Shown piece after piece: positions 1 through 2,037 of a DNA stretch of 2,037 nucleotides. Position numbers and translations under genes: made by a program. The notes beneath the pieces are model-generated. The model worked only from the letters and a program-made list of their open reading frames with translations, ran no database searches and had not been told where the DNA came from. Origin of the DNA: Escherichia coli (GTDB taxonomy: Bacteria > Pseudomonadota > Gammaproteobacteria > Enterobacterales > Enterobacteriaceae); NCBI RefSeq assembly GCF_003334405.1, contig NZ_QOWM01000040.1; one strand, written 5' to 3'. Every line of letters begins with the position of its first letter. The first letter of the stretch is position 1.

Positions 1-846
1 AACCAGATGGACCCGGTGTACACGCCGGCGCGAAAAATCCACCTGTACCACTGCGACCATCGCGGCCTGCCGCTGGCGCTCATCAGCACGGAAGGGGCAA
101 CAGCGTGGTGCGCAGAATATGATGAATGGGGCAACCTGCTGAATGAAGAGAACCCGCATCAGCTGCAGCAGCTTATCCGGCTGCCGGGGCAGCAGTATGA
201 TGAGGAGTCCGGCCTGTATTACAACCGCCACCGCTATTATGACCCGCTGCAGGGGCGATATATCACTCAGGATCCGATTGGACTGAAGGGGGGATGGAAC
301 CTGTATGGATATCAATTGAATCCGATATCAGACATCGACCCCCTGGGTTTATCTATGTGGGAGGATGCAAAATCGGGGGCATGTACTAATGGTCTTTGCG
401 GCACACTATCCGCTATGATAGGTCCAGATAAATTTGATTCTATAGATAGCACCGCATATGGCGCCTTAAATAAAATAAATAGCCAATCTATTTGCGAAGA
501 TAAAGAGTTCGCTGGTTTAATATGTAAGGATAATAGTGGCAGATATTTCTCAACAGCACCTAACCGAGGAGAAAGAAAAGGATCATATCCATTCAATAGC
601 CCTTGCCCTAATGGTACTGAGAAAGTATCAGCTTATCATACTCATGGTGCAGATAGTCATGGAGAATATTGGGACGAAATATTTTCAGGTAAAGATGAGA
701 AAATAGTTAAAAGTAAAGATAACAATATCAAGTCATTTTATTTAGGTACGCCCAGTGGTAATTTTAAAGCAATAGATAACCACGGGAAGGAAATAACAAA
801 CAGAAAAGGATTACCTAATGTCTGCAGAGTTCATGGTAATATGTAA
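1..846 (+). CDS. rhsB: Rhs family protein, C-terminal portion (5'-partial): end of conserved Rhs core plus variable C-terminal toxin domain (CT) of unassigned fold
   Basis: Open frame from nt 1 (the gene begins upstream) to TAA at 844-846. The translation carries the Rhs core-end signature [42 protein letters not shown]. Composition drops right after the second DPxGL, from about 58% GC to about 33% GC (hand counts of sampled 60-nt stretches), as expected for a conserved core fused to a variable toxin tip. The symbol is a recollection that the 127-aa downstream ORF followed by an H-repeat matches the K-12 RhsB element; it may instead be an orthologous Rhs locus. Confidence 0.85.
   Translation, partial: NQMDPVYTPARKIHLYHCDHRGLPLALISTEGATAWCAEYDEWGNLLNEENPHQLQQLIRLPGQQYDEESGLYYNRHRYYDPLQGRYITQDPIGLKGGWNLYGYQLNPISDIDPLGLSMWEDAKSGACTNGLCGTLSAMIGPDKFDSIDSTAYGALNKINSQSICEDKEFAGLICKDNSGRYFSTAPNRGERKGSYPFNSPCPNGTEKVSAYHTHGADSHGEYWDEIFSGKDEKIVKSKDNNIKSFYLGTPSGNFKAIDNHGKEITNRKGLPNVCRVHGNM
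271..351 (+). other. Rhs core/CT demarcation motif: DPIGL (271-285), 17-residue spacer, DPLGL (337-351); probable autoproteolysis and core/tip boundary
   Basis: Read directly from the translation: D89-P-I-G-L93 and D111-P-L-G-L115. In Rhs and YD-repeat proteins the DPxGL-(~18 aa)-DPxGL motif marks the end of the conserved core and lies next to the site where the C-terminal tip is released. Confidence 0.8.
806..810 (+). promoter_or_regulatory. Shine-Dalgarno (AAGGA) for the immunity gene, 7-nt spacer to ATG 818
   Basis: The sequence aaaAGGAttacctaATG is seen directly. It lies inside the 3' end of the rhs coding sequence, consistent with translational coupling. Confidence 0.55.
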
Positions 847-1201
847 AAAAATATTGTTTAGGAACTGTGTCATTGTATCTTTGTTTGTTTTTACATACAA
901 CACATGGGCGCAGTGTAATAATAATATTAAAATAATGCGCAAGTATGAAAGTGAAGGTAAATATACCGTTAGAAATTTGGTTAAAAATAAAGCTATAGCA
1001 TTGGAATTAGCTGAGATATATGTTAAGAATCGTTATGGGCAGGATGCCGCAGAAGAAGAAAAACCATACGAAATCACTGAGTTAACAACAAGTTGGGTTG
1101 TTGAAGGTACCATTCACTCAGACCAAATTGCTGGTGGGGTTTTTATTATAGAAATAGGCAAAAATGATGGGAGAATTCTGAATTTTGGCCACGGAAAATA
1201 A
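818..1201 (+). CDS. yhhH: Putative cognate Rhs immunity protein (127 aa) encoded immediately downstream of and overlapping the rhs CT
   Basis: ORF 818-1201 with an SD 7 nt upstream. It overlaps the rhs stop by 29 nt in a different frame and is AT-rich like the toxin tip, the typical arrangement of Rhs CT/immunity pairs. Length and position match my recollection of K-12 yhhH (127 aa, between rhsB and yhhI). The N-terminus [33 protein letters not shown] is hydrophobic and signal-peptide-like. In-frame alternative starts exist at 833 and 935, but neither has a comparable SD. Confidence 0.75.
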   Translation: MSAEFMVICKKILFRNCVIVSLFVFTYNTWAQCNNNIKIMRKYESEGKYTVRNLVKNKAIALELAEIYVKNRYGQDAAEEEKPYEITELTTSWVVEGTIHSDQIAGGVFIIEIGKNDGRILNFGHGK

Positions 1202-1292
1202 GTATGTAAGGATAATCAAACATCGTGTGCGCTGATGGCAGAGTAGGTGGAGGACTCCAGACAGTCAAACGATAGAAAAAGATAGCCTTTAT

Positions 1293-1297
1293 GGAGG
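1293..1297 (+). promoter_or_regulatory. Shine-Dalgarno (GGAGG) for the yibA-like ORF, 8-nt spacer to ATG 1306
   Basis: The sequence atGGAGGttcctgcaATG is seen directly. This supports ATG 1306 (MSNTYQKRK...) as the start rather than the upstream ATG 1291 used in the ORF track. Confidence 0.6.
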
Positions 1298-1305
1298 TTC
1301 CTGCA

Positions 1306-1652
1306 ATGTCAAATACATACCAGAAAAGAAAGGCAAGTAAAGAGTATGGTTTATATAATAAATGTAAGAAACTAAATGATGATGAATTATTTCGCTTACT
1401 TGATGATCGCAATTCCTTGAAAAGGATTTCATCTGCCAGAGTATTACAGTTAAGAGGGGGGCAAGACGCTGTTAGATTGGCAATTGAATTCTGCACTGAC
1501 AAAAATTATATCCGTAGAGATATCGGAGCATTTATACTCGGGCAAATATAAATTTGCAAAAAATGCGAAGATAATGTTTTTAATATTTTGAACAATATGG
1601 CATTGAATGATAAGAGTGCTTGCGTTCGAGCTACGGCAATCGAGTCAACGGC
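1306..1652 (+). pseudogene. Orphan HEAT-repeat immunity gene remnant (YibA-like), interrupted by an in-frame TAA at 1549-1551 and 3'-truncated by the H-repeat insertion
   Basis: Translation from 1306 is MSNTYQKRKASKEYGLYNKCKKLNDDELFRLLDDRNSLKRISSARVLQLRGGQDAVRLAIEFCTDKNYIRRDIGAFILGQI, then a stop, then the same frame continues ICKKCEDNVFNILNNMALNDKSACVRATAIESTA... The second half contains a canonical HEAT/PBS-lyase repeat signature (D-x-x-x-C-V-R-A-T-A-I-E). The N-terminus matches what I recall of E. coli YibA, the HEAT-repeat protein encoded just downstream of rhsA. About 115 codons are present, against roughly 280 for a full-length YibA-type protein. The frame runs on into non-homologous sequence until TAA 1687-1689. 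Confidence 0.7.
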
Positions 1653-1770
1653 CAGGGAAAGATCATCAAAAGTTCACTTTTTGCACTAAATAATTCGCAT
1701 TTTATGTTTAAAAATTGAGATATTCCTTATTACCTGAAGCTGTTTTTTATTGCTTATACATGATCAAATA

Positions 1771-1790
1771 CTCCTTACCTAATTAAGGAG
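1771..1790 (+). promoter_or_regulatory. Perfect 7-bp inverted repeat (CTCCTTA-cctaat-TAAGGAG) able to form an RNA hairpin sequestering the transposase Shine-Dalgarno sequence
   Basis: Seen directly: 1771-1777 ctcctta is the exact reverse complement of 1784-1790 taaggag, with a 6-nt loop. The 3' arm contains the SD AAGGAG (1785-1790), which lies 6 nt upstream of ATG 1797. Confidence 0.5.
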
Positions 1791-1796
1791 AACAAA

Positions 1797-2037
1797 ATGG
1801 AACTTAAAAAATTGATGGAACATATTTCTATTATCCCCGATTACAGACAAACCTGGAAAGTGGAACATAAATTATCGGATATTCTACTGTTGACTATTTG
1901 TGCCGTTATTTCTGGTGCAGAAGGTTGGGAAGATATAGAGGATTTTGGGGAAACACATCTCGATTTTTTGAAGCAATATGGTGATTTTGAAAATGGTATT
2001 CCTGTTCACGATACCATTGCCAGAGTTGTATCCTGTA
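1797..2037 (+). CDS. yhhI: ISAs1-family (H-repeat-associated) transposase, N-terminal 80 codons (3'-partial, runs off the window)
   Basis: AAGGAG SD at 1785-1790, ATG at 1797, and an open frame to the window end. The translation is [80 protein letters not shown], the conserved N-terminal region of H-repeat-associated proteins (YhhI, YdcC and YbfD in E. coli). The symbol is chosen from the RhsB-like context, since the paralogues are near-identical at this end. Confidence 0.85.
   Translation, partial: MELKKLMEHISIIPDYRQTWKVEHKLSDILLLTICAVISGAEGWEDIEDFGETHLDFLKQYGDFENGIPVHDTIARVVSC

Larger units (their letters stand above)
1653..2037 (+). mobile_element. H-repeat (H-rpt) / ISAs1-family insertion sequence, left end and 5' part (continues beyond the window)
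   Basis: It contains the start of an ISAs1-family transposase gene. The yibA-like frame loses its HEAT-repeat character at about 1652, and the following bases begin CAGGG (1653-1657), which I recall as the typical terminal motif of ISAs1-family ends. The left boundary is therefore an inference, good to about +/-40 nt. The right end lies outside the window. Confidence 0.6.

Noticed and set aside
312-596. Minus-strand ORF of 94 aa from the six-frame track
   Set aside because: It lies entirely antisense to the well-supported rhs core-end and toxin-tip coding region, has no recognisable RBS, and shows no recognisable motif. It is most likely a chance antisense frame.
595-690. Deaminase-like (HxE...PCxxC) or JAMM-like (HxHx7Sx2D) motif in the toxin tip
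   Set aside because: PCPNG precedes rather than follows the His cluster, there is no HxE, and the spacing after HTH does not fit HxHx7Sx2D (a Tyr sits where the Ser would be). The resemblance is superficial, so no family assignment is made.
833-937. Alternative immunity-gene starts at ATG 833 and ATG 935
   Set aside because: Neither has a purine-rich SD at suitable spacing (the region upstream of 935 is A/T only), whereas ATG 818 has AAGGA at -12 to -8. They are kept as a caveat in the findings, not as separate features.
1291-1305. ATG 1291 as the start of the yibA-like ORF (as in the ORF track)
   Set aside because: The GGAGG at 1293-1297 overlaps this ATG and is correctly spaced (8 nt) for ATG 1306, and the sequence from 1306 (MSNTYQKRK) matches the YibA-like N-terminus as I recall it. 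The five upstream codons are probably not translated.
1146-1502. Minus-strand ORF of 118 aa from the six-frame track
   Set aside because: It is antisense to the 3' end of the immunity gene and the yibA-like remnant. The translation is low-complexity and hydrophobic with no motif. A chance ORF in AT-rich DNA is expected at this length.
1690-1796. Sigma-70 promoter for the transposase upstream of ATG 1797
   Set aside because: Candidate hexamers (for example ttgaga 1716-1721, ttgctt 1751-1756) lack a convincing -10 partner at 16-18 nt spacing. In DNA this AT-rich, such matches are expected by chance, so none is called.
1-2037. A previously undescribed system, CRISPR array, or tRNA/rRNA/ncRNA gene
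   Set aside because: No direct-repeat/spacer periodicity and no tRNA-like or rRNA-like structure is visible. All coding content is explained by a known class of locus (Rhs toxin tip, immunity gene, orphan immunity remnant, H-rpt insertion sequence). The novelty is limited to the uncharacterised toxin fold.

Overview
This window is the 3' end of an Rhs polymorphic-toxin element of the E. coli RhsB type, not an undescribed system. It contains four features on the + strand, in order. (1) The last ~0.85 kb of an rhs gene: the GC-rich conserved core ends at the DPxGL...DPxGL motif (nt 271-351) and is followed by an AT-rich variable C-terminal toxin tip (352-843). (2) A 127-aa putative cognate immunity gene (818-1201) overlapping the rhs stop by 29 nt. 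(3) A decayed orphan immunity gene of the YibA HEAT-repeat type (1306 to about 1652), with an in-frame TAA at 1549-1551 and a 3' truncation. (4) The left end and first 80 codons of an H-repeat (ISAs1-family) transposase gene (1797 to window end). The gene symbols rhsB, yhhH and yhhI are assigned from recollection of the K-12 gene order and could not be checked by search. The parts worth a second look are the unassigned toxin fold (six Cys plus an HxHx4H cluster), the signal-peptide-like N-terminus of the immunity protein, the immunity-gene remnant as a record of inter-Rhs recombination followed by insertion-sequence (IS) insertion, and a hairpin that sequesters the transposase ribosome-binding site.
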